A stretch of DNA of 64,000 nt from Marsupella aquatica (GCA_973895155.1 OZ316896.1:19518754-19582753); one strand, 5' to 3'. Counted from the first letter of the stretch, positions 11,309-23,196 are shown. Numbers and translations are program-made. Notes: generated by a model from the letters alone, not told the origin.

Positions 11309-12795
11309 GTGCCTCAATGCTCGTTTCTTTATTTTTCTCATAAATTGCTTATTCTCTTGCAAAGTGTAAGTTGGACATGGTCCTAAACTCCTAAACCCTA
11401 AACTCCTATCCTCACATGCCATTTTTCTAATAGACAATTATTTAACTTCTAAATTATTCTGAATCTCTTTCAAAAACATAATGGGTCTCATGTTCTTCTT
11501 ATAATTACTTAAGTTACTCAAACCCACATTAAACTTAGGAATTAATCTGTGGACCCACTTGATTATTTGCGTAGTTAGGGTGTTTTTAATTAAGGAGCCT
11601 AGTTTGAAATTTTGATTGCATCCGAAGAATCCGTTATAGTACATTTGTCTCTCGGGGGTCAATCCAAGGGGTGTCCCATATCATGCTCGAAGTTTTGGGG
11701 GAATAAACACTCTAAAAGTTAAGTCAATAAAGTTTTTTTTAGGAATTTTTTAAACCCCTAACTTAATGAAATATTCCAAGAATATTCTCATATTTGATTT
11801 TAAAAAACCCTATGATTCTTATAATTCTCAAAATTGGATTAATATAACCCTAAATGTTCTTCAACAAAAAATTAAAAATATTTTACTAAACCCAATAAAA
11901 AAACCCTATACATATTCGCGCGTGATGGGTCGGAAGAAAAGAAGTGAGGACCCCGGGATTCGTCTTCCTAGTTTCTCCCCCAATTTAGAGCTCCATGCAC
12001 AACCAGCATTCAATTCCAGAGTCTCTTCCTGATTCAGCTTTCCATAGACAGACAGCATAAAATTTCACATCAATTCTCCCAAGGTATTTTCGATGAACAG
12101 ACCAAGACTCCTAAAATCTTCGCAAGCTCTCTTTGTCTACTCAATTCTCTGTCTTCATCAGTCCGTGCTTCGTCGACTCCATCAAGTCCCTCTGCGATCA
12201 AGTGATTGCTTTGTACAATATTCAGCTTTTTTATTAGTACTTGCAAAGTAGAATGACAGCAATTGCTCCCAATCTGACAGTGCTGCTAGGCGAGCTCTTA
12301 AGACGAAGCACGAAACCCCCAAGTATGGCCTTTATCCCGGCCTTTATATACCATGCTTCTTTAATAGGGCAGGCAGGTTGAAAGTTCAAGAGTAAGATTT
12401 CTCGCATCCTAGCTGCAAAAAGTGCACATTTCCATCAAACAGAAAACCAGATCTCTCACAATCGTCCTTACACACTTGTAACCTCCGCACAAAATTTACT
12501 TCACAGTCCGATCAAGTAACTTATTATTCTGCTACTATGAATTCACCCCATTGCAGGCTTGAGGGTAAGTGATATGGAGACCTCCCCATCACCTGCAACA
12601 TTTTTAGCCCTCGGACCCCCTAAAATGTAAGAATTAAAAAAAAATTAATCCCTAAATTTTTTATGATTAAAGAGACCCTAATGTTCTTATAAGTATCAAA
12701 ATTGTTAAACGACCCTATATATTGTTCTTTTACAAAAATTCTTAAGTTTTCCCTTCAAACCAATAAAACAACCCTGGCTACACTTTGTCGCACGT

Positions 12796-13269
12796 TGTTG
12801 AGCATAGACGACGATCGCAACGGCAAGCCCATGAACCATCCAACGCACAATAGTCGACACAAGAGATACGTGGTTCACCTCCTTGAGGCTACGTCCACGG
12901 GAACACACAAGAGAGCTTTACTGAACTCTAAGCCTGTCGGCTATACCGAGTCTCCACATGTAAGCTCTCCCTATCTCTCAAGTGGCTCCATAACAATGAG
13001 CCTTGGTTCTACCTCTCCAAGCACACATGCCTCTTATGATATAGTGTGCAACTTAGTTGTACCTAACCACATAGTTGTACCTAATCACGTAGTTGTACCT
13101 AACCACATAGTTGTACCTAATCACGTAGTTGTACCTAATCACGTAGTTGTACCTAACCACATAGTTGTACCTAATCACGTAGTTGTATCTAACCACGTAG
13201 TTGTACCAACCCACGTTGTTGTACCAACCACGTCATACCTAACCTAGACGTAAGAGTAAATACCCAACA
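12796..13269 (-). repeat. 3' LTR of the copia element
   Basis: tgttgagcat...tacccaaca. The only difference I saw from the other LTR is at 12935 (t) versus 19061 (c). Contains 10 x 18-bp tagttgtacctaaYcacR repeats at 13054-13232. Confidence 0.97.
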
Positions 13270-13285
13270 ATCTTCCCCTTGACTC
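13270..13285 (-). promoter_or_regulatory. Polypurine tract of the copia element
   Basis: Minus strand reads gagtcaaggggaagat immediately before the 3' LTR. Confidence 0.85.
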
Positions 13286-13459
13286 TGGTCTAGGGGAGAG
13301 TAATACTGCCAATGTATATGATCCCTCAGCGGGAAGTTCTGGACAGAACCAAACCGGTTTCCCTCTCTAACTAGAGCAAACCAGAACTAAGCCGTAGCCT
13401 AATACATAGGAATGAGGAAGAGCATATATCAGTAATTACAATGAATGTTTAAGAAAACT

Positions 13460-16400
13460 CTACTTGTGATGCAATTGCAAAACCTGCAATACGTCACGGT
13501 GTCTAGAGAAACTCTCCAAAGGAATCACTTTGGTAAATGCGTCAGCCGGGTTGAGTTTACCATCAATCTTGACTAGCTCAAACAAATTATCAGACACAGC
13601 CTGCCTGATAAAATGGTACCTGACGTCAATGTGCTTCACTCTGCTGTCCATCACCTGGTTCACAGCAAGGTGGAGCGCACTTTGACTATCACAATGGAGC
13701 TTCACATTCCCCTGTGGCAATCCCATTTCAGTGATAAGTCTATCCAACCAAATCGCTTCCTTTGTTGCTTCCGCAGCTGCAACATACTCCGCTTCTGTAG
13801 TAGACTGAGCAATACACTTCTGCAAAGTAGACCTCCAACTTATGCATCCACCGCCAAGTGTGAACACGTATCCTGTTGTTGATCTCCTTCGGTCCAAATC
13901 TTGTCCATAGTCAGAATCTACATAGCCAATCAATGATCTAGCATTCTTTGCATTCGCATCAAATAAAAGACCATGATCCACGGTACCCTTCAAGTACCTG
14001 ATAATCCACTTCACTGCTTCCCAGTGTACCTTCCCTGGATTCGACATGTACCTGCTCACCTTGCCCATAGCCATGGCAAGATCAGGTCTAGTGCAAGTCA
14101 TCAAATACATGAGACTCCCCACTGCCTTGTCATATGGAACCTTTGACATCAACCCCTTCTCTGTGTCATCCGTAGGACAGAACGCTGATGATAACTTGAA
14201 GTGTGGAGCCAACGGGGTACTTACTGGCTTGCTATTCTCCATGTTGAACCTTGCAATTACCTTCCTCGCATAACTGCTCTGCGTCAACCATAGCTTGCCA
14301 GCCTCCAAGTCCCTAGTGATCTTCATACCCAAAATCCTCTTAGCTGGCCCTAAGTCCTTCATCTTAAACTCTGCACTAAGCAGTGCCTTGAGCTTAACAA
14401 TCTCAGACCTATCCTTGGCTGCAATTAGCATGTCATCCACATAAAGTACTAAAACAATGAACCCAAAGACAACATTCTTCACCGGTTTCAAATACACACA
14501 AGGGTCAAATACACTTCTGTGAAAACCTTGTGACCGAATCCAATCGTCAAACCGCTTGTTCCACTGTCTTGGTGACTGCTTCAACCCATACAAGGATTTC
14601 AGCAATCTGCAAACCAATTCCTCCTGTCCTCTCTTCACAAAACCTAGCGGTTGTCTCATGAAGATCACCTCTTCCAATGTGCCATAGAGGAAAGCTGTGA
14701 CAACATCCATCTGATCTAGGAGCAGACCAAACATTACAACAAGTACACACAATAGTCGTATTGTAGAGTACTTAGCAACTGGTGAGAAGACCTCATTGTA
14801 ATCCACACCTTTCTCTTGTGTGAATCCCTTTGCTACCAATCTAGCCTTGTAGACCTTCGATCCACCTCCTATGGAATTATCCTTCAGCTTGTAAATCCAC
14901 TTGCTGTCCACCACTTGCTGACCCTTAGGCAGCTTAACAAGCTCCCAAGTTTTGTTGTCCTTTAGTGACTGCATCTCCGTTTGCATTGCTGCAGTCCACT
15001 TCTGCTTCTCCTTTGAAGCACTTGCCTCATGAAATGAAGAAGGTTCTCCTTCTTCCAAAATTAACGCATCACCCTCATCATCAGCTGTAAAATCATCCTC
15101 TTGCAGTTGAGATGAATCAACCCACTGTCCATACCTTGATGGAGCGCGTACAGTGCGACCAGATGTTCTTCTAGCCGATGACTCCGGTTGATCTGCGTGT
15201 GCTGGTACAATTTGAAGCTCAACAGCATCCACTTGCTGCTCACCAGCATCAACAAACTCCTCTGGTTCCTCTGGCACAGGAACCAGCTCCATAATTGGAG
15301 CAACTCCTTCTCTCCGGTCATGCACCTCATAACCAATCTCCCCCTCAACGAGATCCGGGATAGGAGATTTTCCTTTGTCAGTACGGGAGACCTGAGTATT
15401 CTCCCCCTCCTTCAATAATCTGGATTCATTGAAGGAAACATCCCTACTGACAACGAGCTTACAGGCAATAGGATCCCATAGCCTATAGGCTTTCACACCA
15501 CTCTGGTACCCAAGAAAAATACATTTTCTGGAGGTAGGATCCAACTTGGTCCTATTCTGCTTTGGTGTGAGAGCATATGCATCACTTCCAAAAATTACCA
15601 AGCCATGATAGTCTGCTTGCCGCTTATAGCGCATCTCAAACGGCGTTTTGAAATTGATAGCACTAGAAGGAGAAAGATTTACCAAATAAGCTGCGGTATT
15701 GACAGCTTCTGCCCAAAATTCTTGTGGTAAACCTGATTGGCTCAACATACTCCGTGACCGCTCCAACAATGTCCGATTGAGCCTCTCAGCGACACCATTC
15801 TGCTGCGGAGTATAAACTGTGGTGAGATGGCGAGTTATCCCCTGTTCTGAACAGTACTCTTCAAATTCCATTGAAGTGTACTCCCCGCCGTTGTCTGACC
15901 TCAGACTCTTCACCCTTGTATCCAAACACTTGATCGTGTTTCCAGTCTGATTCTCCACCTGGGCCTTCCACTTCTTAAAAATGGACAAGACATCAGACTT
16001 ATGCGTCATGAAATAAATCCACACAAATCTTGAGTAATCATCAATAAATGATACATAGTACAACTTTCCAGAGTGTGAGGGAGTCGGGGATGGACCCCAC
16101 ACGTCACTATGTATGTACTCAAGAACCGCTTTGGAACGATGAGTTCCAACACCAAAAGCACGACGATGTTGCTTTCCAAGAATGCAATGCTCACAAAACT
16201 CTAATTTACAAGATTGCAAATCAGAAATGAGTCCATTCTTCCGTAAGATAGCCAAACCCTTCTCACTCATGTGGCCTAGCCGTGAATGCCACAGTTGAGT
16301 CATCTCCTCGTGAGACTTGGTTACATTGGCCTCTCCACATACAGTATTGCCCTGTAACACATACAAATTCTTTTGTCTACTCCCCTTCAAAATCACTGTC

Positions 16401-16732
16401 TCTCCCGACCTGACTTGAAGTTCACCATCAATAACGCTCCATTGATGACCATTTGAATCCAACACACCGAGTGAAATCAGATTCTTACGCATGCCAGGTA
16501 CATACCTGACTCCGGACACTGTGCGCACAGCGCCATCAAACATTTGAATCTTCACAGACCCAATTCCCTCAATTTGACAGGAGTGATCATTTCCCATCAG
16601 AACTGAACCGTTTGAAATAGAGTAAGAACTGAAAAACTCACGAATGTAACAAATATGAAAAGAGCAAGCACAATCAAGAATCCACACATCATCTGCTCTC
16701 CTAGATGACGTGCACAGGGCATACCCCCGGCT
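13460..16732 (-). CDS. pol: Copia Pol polyprotein (protease, GAG-pre-integrase, integrase, RT, RNase H), with no ATG of its own and in frame with gag
   Basis: WILDCACSFHIC (PR). LWHSRLGH..CEHC (HHCC). HSDVWGP, FIDDYSR, LRSDNGGEY and PQQNGVAERLNRT (IN). KARLVAKG, LYGLKQSPRQW and YVDDML (RT). GYVDSDY, EAEY and KHIDVRYH (RH). The ORF is uninterrupted. Confidence 0.95.
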   Translation of the reverse strand, partial: SRGYALCTSSRRADDVWILDCACSFHICYIREFFSSYSISNGSVLMGNDHSCQIEGIGSVKIQMFDGAVRTVSGVRYVPGMRKNLISLGVLDSNGHQWSVIDGELQVRSGETVILKGSRQKNLYVLQGNTVCGEANVTKSHEEMTQLWHSRLGHMSEKGLAILRKNGLISDLQSCKLEFCEHCILGKQHRRAFGVGTHRSKAVLEYIHSDVWGPSPTPSHSGKLYYVSFIDDYSRFVWIYFMTHKSDVLSIFKKWKAQVENQTGNTIKCLDTRVKSLRSDNGGEYTSMEFEEYCSEQGITRHLTTVYTPQQNGVAERLNRTLLERSRSMLSQSGLPQEFWAEAVNTAAYLVNLSPSSAINFKTPFEMRYKRQADYHGLVIFGSDAYALTPKQNRTKLDPTSRKCIFLGYQSGVKAYRLWDPIACKLVVSRDVSFNESRLLKEGENTQVSRTDKGKSPIPDLVEGEIGYEVHDRREGVAPIMELVPVPEEPEEFVDAGEQQVDAVELQIVPAHADQPESSARRTSGRTVRAPSRYGQWVDSSQLQEDDFTADDEGDALILEEGEPSSFHEASASKEKQKWTAAMQTEMQSLKDNKTWELVKLPKGQQVVDSKWIYKLKDNSIGGGSKVYKARLVAKGFTQEKGVDYNEVFSPVAKYSTIRLLCVLVVMFGLLLDQMDVVTAFLYGTLEEVIFMRQPLGFVKRGQEELVCRLLKSLYGLKQSPRQWNKRFDDWIRSQGFHRSVFDPCVYLKPVKNVVFGFIVLVLYVDDMLIAAKDRSEIVKLKALLSAEFKMKDLGPAKRILGMKITRDLEAGKLWLTQSSYARKVIARFNMENSKPVSTPLAPHFKLSSAFCPTDDTEKGLMSKVPYDKAVGSLMYLMTCTRPDLAMAMGKVSRYMSNPGKVHWEAVKWIIRYLKGTVDHGLLFDANAKNARSLIGYVDSDYGQDLDRRRSTTGYVFTLGGGCISWRSTLQKCIAQSTTEAEYVAAAEATKEAIWLDRLITEMGLPQGNVKLHCDSQSALHLAVNQVMDSRVKHIDVRYHFIRQAVSDNLFELVKIDGKLNPADAFTKVIPLESFSRHRDVLQVLQLHHK

Positions 16733-17767
16733 TCATAAAACATACTCATCATTGAGTAAATCAGCTTCTCCATCAGCCCTAGCCACATTTGCCGATGAAG
16801 TTTCCGCTGCCTTTCCCTTACAGTCTCGCTTGAAGTGTCCAACTTGGTTGCACTTCCAACATGTCACCTGCCTCCTCTGAGGGGATTTACCCTTGGACTT
16901 AGATCTGGATTTAGATCTAAACTGGGTTCTACGGTCCCCAGTTGGTCGCTGCATACTCCTCCCACGGTTAACATTGAGGGCAACACCAGATGATGAAGGC
17001 TGTGACGTGATGTGCATCTTCTGCTGAAGATCATCACTAAGCAGAGAACTTACCACGTCATTGTATGAAATGGTATCCCTATCACGATGCAACAACACTC
17101 GTGATAGGGACTGGTAAGATGGAGGCAATGAACTAAGAAGCTGCAGAGCCTTCGTCTCATCATTCAAAGTCTCCCCAAGGTTTTCCAAGTCAACGATCAT
17201 GTCGTTGAAAGCATCCACATGGTCTTGCAACTTCGTACCAGATTCCTTCATCCTGAAACTCATCAGTTTGTAGGAAGTGTAGAGCCGGTTCGACAACTCC
17301 TTGCGGTGATACTTGCTCTGCAATTCCGCAAACAAGGACATGCAATCCTTATGTGCACCTAACTGCTTGATGATGGGAGGCATGAGATAGAGTGTAACAC
17401 ACCACACTCCCTGCTCCTGCATGCGGTCCCATTGTTTCTCATCAACATCGTCTTCACGAGGGCTCAGCAGTTGGCCCATCCCTGACGCATAAAGCACTCC
17501 CTTCACCTGCTTCTCCCATAGCAAGTAGTCAGAGCGCCCATCATACTTTGTCACTTCATACTTGGGTCCCCCAAGCTTGAAAGTCCCCATCTTCTTCTTT
17601 ATCGTGAGCTCCGGTAGTAGTACTGCTTCCTCCACCACACGCCGCACCGGTGATGGTATCGGTGTCACGTGCTCTTCCTCCTGCTCCTCTCTCTGCCCCT
17701 GAAACCTCCGCGGTGACCCTCGTGCTTCAAGTTCCACGTCTTCAAAAAACTCCTCCGAATCACTCAT
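16733..17767 (-). CDS. gag: Copia Gag (344 aa)
   Basis: YEVTKYDGRSDYLLW gag start, LLSSLPPSY motif and CCHC knuckle CWKCNQVGHFKRDC. Ends at TGA 16735-16733. Confidence 0.93.
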   Translation of the reverse strand: MSDSEEFFEDVELEARGSPRRFQGQREEQEEEHVTPIPSPVRRVVEEAVLLPELTIKKKMGTFKLGGPKYEVTKYDGRSDYLLWEKQVKGVLYASGMGQLLSPREDDVDEKQWDRMQEQGVWCVTLYLMPPIIKQLGAHKDCMSLFAELQSKYHRKELSNRLYTSYKLMSFRMKESGTKLQDHVDAFNDMIVDLENLGETLNDETKALQLLSSLPPSYQSLSRVLLHRDRDTISYNDVVSSLLSDDLQQKMHITSQPSSSGVALNVNRGRSMQRPTGDRRTQFRSKSRSKSKGKSPQRRQVTCWKCNQVGHFKRDCKGKAAETSSANVARADGEADLLNDEYVL

Positions 17768-18907
17768 ATGAGAAAGTCACAAAAAATGTTGTTTTTCACA
17801 ACTTCTCAAAAAACTCGAAACTCAACACCGCCGCGTAGCCCACAAAGCTAGGAGTCCAATACTGAAAACCGAAATCAAAATCGAAATTTGACGGAAAAGT
17901 TATTCAAATTTCGGTCGAGGTGGGTAAAACCTTGGGAAACTCCCCCGTTTTGACCACCTCAAGGAATAACCAAAATACCAAGTACAACCCGTTGTCGGAA
18001 TTGCGATGTGATTGGTGTGCTGCATTGCCAACTTCAATGGCTACGACCTCGCCAAAAAATAACCAAAAAAGTTACCGTTCGGCGGATGAAATCTTTGTCG
18101 GACGGTCAAAAAATAGCTCTCTGGTTTTTTGGAATATTCTATGACCCTTGTACAGGCCCTGTGGGAATTTTGGAAGAACAATCGAGGGGCTGACATGTGT
18201 CCTCGAACCCCCAAAACCCCCTACCACCCTTCGTCGTCGAAATCTGGTCGCGCGCGCAGAAAATACACACGGCAGAATGTACCCCTCGACACCAAACGCA
18301 AGATATCTCACTCGGGTTTTGACTAAATCAAGATCCGATTTCAGATTTGGAAACTAGACTCCGAGGCGATGAAGATCGATATAAGAAGCACCCAAAACAA
18401 GGAAAGAACGAGGGAGAAAAAAATTGGTAAAGATGACAGATTTCTCTCAATTGCCATAGTCAATTTCGAATTAGTTTTTCAAAGAGAAAAAAATGGTACC
18501 TTGTCAACAACGAATGTTGATCAATTGCACTTGGTGTCGTCACCAAGTCCAACAAGGTAATTGATTTTGCTTAGCCTTCCTCTTTGCATCAAAGAGCCAA
18601 TCCCGGACTCAAAAACAATCGTCTTGCCTCAATCTCTCCGTTGAGTCAAAACACTTGACGCTTCTCCCTCCGAGTCGATTGTCAACTTTCTTCACAAAAT
18701 CCAGAACGACGAAAACTTAGATCTCTCTGCACCACGAGCTCCGTTCAACGATTTCTTCACACCGTTAGAAAGCTCTTGCCCTGATCTATCCGTTGAGCCC
18801 ATAAACTCCAAGTTCCATGCGATGGAACTCTGGAAAATCCACCAACACTCAACGCTGGAAAAACCGTCATGAAATCCCGTCACGAACACATGTCACCTCC
18901 CAAGCAT

Positions 18908-18919
18908 GCTCTGATACCA
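18908..18919 (-). promoter_or_regulatory. Primer binding site (tRNA-iMet)
   Basis: Minus strand TGGTATCAGAGC, two bases inside the 5' LTR. Confidence 0.95.
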
Positions 18920-18921
18920 AT

Positions 18922-19395
18922 TGTTGAGCATAGACGACGATCGCAACGGCAAGCCCATGAACCATCCAACGCACAATAGTCGACACAAGAGATACGTGGT
19001 TCACCTCCTTGAGGCTACGTCCACGGGAACACACAAGAGAGCTTTACTGAACTCTAAGCCCGTCGGCTATACCGAGTCTCCACATGTAAGCTCTCCCTAT
19101 CTCTCAAGTGGCTCCATAACAATGAGCCTTGGTTCTACCTCTCCAAGCACACATGCCTCTTATGATATAGTGTGCAACTTAGTTGTACCTAACCACATAG
19201 TTGTACCTAATCACGTAGTTGTACCTAACCACATAGTTGTACCTAATCACGTAGTTGTACCTAATCACGTAGTTGTACCTAACCACATAGTTGTACCTAA
19301 TCACGTAGTTGTATCTAACCACGTAGTTGTACCAACCCACGTTGTTGTACCAACCACGTCATACCTAACCTAGACGTAAGAGTAAATACCCAACA
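18922..19395 (-). repeat. 5' LTR of the copia element
   Basis: Near-identical to 12796-13269 and adjacent to the PBS. Confidence 0.97.
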
Positions 19396-20010
19396 CACGT
19401 TATGTGTCATTTTTGTGGAACTAAGTGAAACCCCCAAGATTGCAATTCACCACGTGCATCGCCAAGAGCATAACAAAGCTGAGAATGAGGCTGAGACTCC
19501 CTTCAATCTGTTACTTCTTAGCTTGCTTTACATCAGGGAAGCTTCAAAGAAATAAATCATAGAAATACAGTTCAAAGAGACTGAGTGATTGCCGCTGTCG
19601 AATAGGAGTCTACGGAGATAGCCGGGAGCGAGGATGAGTTGGGGAGATGACTATTTGGTCTCCTGGGGTCTAGGAGCGCACTAGGCCCTAGGTGGTTACT
19701 CATTTAATATTAAACACCGACTTATCCATCCGGTTATAACCAAATTTAATGTGAATATATTGTTTAAGTGTATTATTCTCAATTTGTAAAAAATCAGAAA
19801 GGTAAGTAAAACTGTTATTATTTTTAAAAAATCATCCCCTCCTTTGTATTTTTATCTTTTTACTCTAAGGATTTACGGCTTGGCGACCCAAAAGTTATAC
19901 AACTTTTCCTGCAAACACAATTAATGTAGCTAGGGCGGTTATTTTTTGTATGAAGGGCCATACAAAAGGGTTAACTGTATGAAGCCTAGGGCCATACAAA
20001 GTAAACCCTA

Positions 20011-20343
20011 CATACAGTAAATCCTTTATATTTTCTGTCTAGGTTGAGAGAATGCCAAAATGGATGTGGACAAAGTATAAGCCCATTTAAATGGGTGTGG
20101 GGTAGACTTCCCAAATTTTGTGGAGGATCAAATAGGGCATGCTTTATTGATTGGTTGGCTTAATTATTTTTAGGGGCTTTTAGTAAAAATGACAAAGTTT
20201 AAAGAAAGAAGGTGTTGTAAAAACAATTCACTTATAATTTAGGGTAGTAAAACCCTAAAAAGTTGCACACTTTGTATGGGTTTTCATACAGTAAACCCTA
20301 CATATTTTCTGTCTAGGTTGAGAGGATGCCAAAATGGATGTGG
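20011..20343 (+). repeat. Pair of ~60-bp direct repeats in a decayed repeat region
   Basis: catacagtaaa...tattttctgtctaggttgagagRatgccaaaatggatgtgg at ~20011 and ~20285. Confidence 0.8.
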
Positions 20344-22528
20344 TCTCAAAATTCAAATGATTGTTTCCTACCAATTTATTTTTAACTGTCAATGACACAT
20401 TCTGCCCATGAAATCTCAATACAGTACAGAAAACAAGGATTTTAAGTGCAAGGCCTGTAAAGATGGCCTAGCCATGCACTTATCCATGGTTTGCAATACA
20501 CAACAGGGGCAAACCCATAGAATCCTGCACTCTTTGACTCTTGCACTTGTACTCGTCCATGCAGTAAACTGGTAACTGCATTGCTGAGTTGTATTGCAGT
20601 TTCCCACAAGTGATTCGTGCACTGTCTTGTCAAACAAGATGAAACAAGTTTTGGTTTATTATGACAGGTTTGCCAAGCTAGAGCTACTAACTCAATTTAG
20701 GCACTACCCTCAATAGTCTAGTTCTGCAGCCACACCCTAGAACTGGATAACTGCAATGTATACACTATTTATTGAAGTGTTCTTAGTTGTCATAACTCAC
20801 AATACTCAATGTGCACTTATATGTAATTGTAGATTAGTGTAGTTTTACAGGCAGCTTGCACTTATGTATTTGTCATCTAATGAGACCCAACTTGAACTTA
20901 CAAAAACTGCAAGAACAGGTGAGTAGGCAGCAAAATAGGGTGAAAATATTGGGGAAGAAGAAGTACAAATGGTGCTTATTGCAAGAAGAAGCCCCGTCTT
21001 GCAGTAAGCACATTTGTACTTATGCAGGGTCCACTGTATCGACTGAACATACATCGAAGGTGGAAAGCGCACGAACAAGAATGGAAATATTGGGGAATAA
21101 GCCTAAACTTGCACTAAATTAAAGCACACTTTGCACACATCCATGGTACACTTATCCACGGTCTCCTGACCAAAATTACATAGACACTACCGGTCAGTTT
21201 GAGAATCTAGAGTGACGAAAGTCCTTTCGAAGTCTGCAAAGACCATCAGGCATCACCACTCTAGCGTCCAGTTCCAAAGCTGGTCCCACTTCGAAATGTA
21301 GAATCAATTTGAGCTATGCTGTCTAGCTACTCCACTGCAACTGTTTCCTAGCTTGTTACATGGTGCCCGGCGTGAAAGTGGAGTGACCATCAGTCCCGCT
21401 TCCTGGCCAACTAAGGGAGAACGAGGTTTTTACCTTTGTCTCTTTGTTCCCCGCAGTGCTGTACCTCATATGTAAAGAAGATCGAGTTGGAATAAATTAG
21501 ACATTTTATGTGACTGTACATATACATATTAAACAGTTATAAGCTGAAGAATGGGTGAAATGAACATGATTGGACCCGAAAAATAGGGTGAGATGATGAC
21601 GGTCCGACTCATGAAACTCACCAACACAGATTGACTAGTGAAACTCTGATTGAGATCATGGGGCACTGCTGTGAACTTGAAGTTGTCTCGTTCAGATCTA
21701 CTGCAGTAGAATTGCTGATGACTTAGAGCAAAGCACATCCCGAAGCCCTTCGAGCAGTTTGAGCCCCGATTCCAATCTTGAGTAGCTGAACTGAGAGTCT
21801 ACATTCAACTCACCCTGGACCAGTGCCTAAATACGAGACAGTCTACTCAACCCGATTTGGTCACTGAAATAAGAGTCTACTCACCCACCCAGATTTGGTC
21901 ACATTAATATGGATAACTCTAACATGATGAATTCAGCATTTTGGTTGATTGACACATGAACTATGCTCTATATTTTGGGCTGAAAAGAAAGAAAATGTAC
22001 AAGCTACGCGGAGATAAAGGTTTGCAGAAGATAATCAAAGAAGGTAGAAATGGAATTTCGTATAAAGGTTGAGAGCGAAAAGCATTGTGAATATGTTGAT
22101 TTTCGGAGTTCATAAATTGGGTCCTTCTTCACAACGACACACTGACGCGGACGTATACTTACACTGTGGTGGACCAGAAATTGACAATGACCAAGGAGCA
22201 CCAATATGATTGGTTTCCTCCTCCTTTGGCAAGAAACTCTTGTTGCACATGAAGGCCGGCTGCTCTATAATTATGTAGCTGCGGCTCCCAAACCTCCTTT
22301 CAATTTCGACATGCTGGTGCGCGCGTAGACCTTAGCAGAGACTACTTCCCTATTTTGCCGTCGCCACGCTTGGGAATGACCATCATCCCTGGCCTACTCA
22401 CCCAGCTACTCACTACGTACGTACGTTGGTACACTTCCGTAATTAATGGCGGTGCCACTATCTGGAATCACTGTAATGCGCCATGCTTGACATGGGACTG
22501 TCACTAACTCTGCCCGTCATGCCTGAGG

Positions 22529-22690
22529 GTTTCGATTGTCCTTAGACTCTATTTTTCTCTCTGCGGGACTGCATCTGGAGTGATTATGCTCTCTGTTGCA
22601 GGTACAGTTTCGATTGTCCTTAATTAGACTCTATTTTTCTCTCTGCGGTACTGCATCTTGGAGTGATTACGCTCTCTGTTGTAGGTACAG
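22529..22690 (+). repeat. Tandem duplication, 2 x ~80 bp, upstream of ZNFX1-like copy 2
   Basis: gtttcgattgtcctt(aatt)agactctatttttctctctgcgg.actgcatct..gagtgatta.gctctctgttg.aggtaca occurs twice. Confidence 0.9.
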
Positions 22691-23196
22691 GTTAAATATT
22701 TAAATCTAGATCTAATCCGATCTCAGGATCAAATTCAAGGATCGAGCATCATCAGATTGTAATGATGTCTTTCAAATATTCGATGCATCGGTCTTCAAGT
22801 ACAGCAAGAGAGAAGAAGTTCAAGGAGGAGCCATCCAGTTTGACGTCGTTACTGAGATGAGGACTTCACGTTTTAGTCGGATGCCCTCCACGAGTACGCC
22901 TGCTAGCTCACATCAAGCCCTCTAGATAAACCTGGATACTGCGCGTCTCTTCTCTAGGTGAGTAGAAAGATCGAGCTGGGTTGCGGGGCAGTGAGTGTTT
23001 GCAGAGGGATATAGGAACCTGCCAAACACCTTTCATGATTTAGGCAGAAATCTCTAGCTTCTTGTGTATTTTTGTGCATCAGTGTACGTTGGACCTCTAG
23101 TGTTAAATCGTCTGTGAACCTTGAATGTAATTCATTCAGGGCTCGATTCAGGGTACGTACTTAGATCTTGTTATCAGCTATAGTAAATCTTCAGCG

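Larger units (their letters stand above)
12796..19395 (-). mobile_element. Full-length young Ty1/copia LTR retrotransposon (Tnt1/Tork-like)
   Basis: 474-bp LTRs at 12796-13269 and 18922-19395 with TG...CA ends. TSD cacgt at 12791-12795 and 19396-19400. tRNA-iMet PBS, PPT, and domain order gag-PR-IN-RT-RH. Confidence 0.98.

Noticed and set aside
12702-13247. ORFs with VVPNH repeats (also 18921-19373 and 45038-45271)
   Set aside because: These are antisense translations of the LTR 18-bp array. The frame is broken by a 1-bp insertion in the solo LTR, and there is no evidence of coding function.
20400-21480. Cys-containing coding-like fragments on the minus strand
   Set aside because: Multiple stops and no motif I can assign. 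Possibly a decayed transposon gene, but unsupported.
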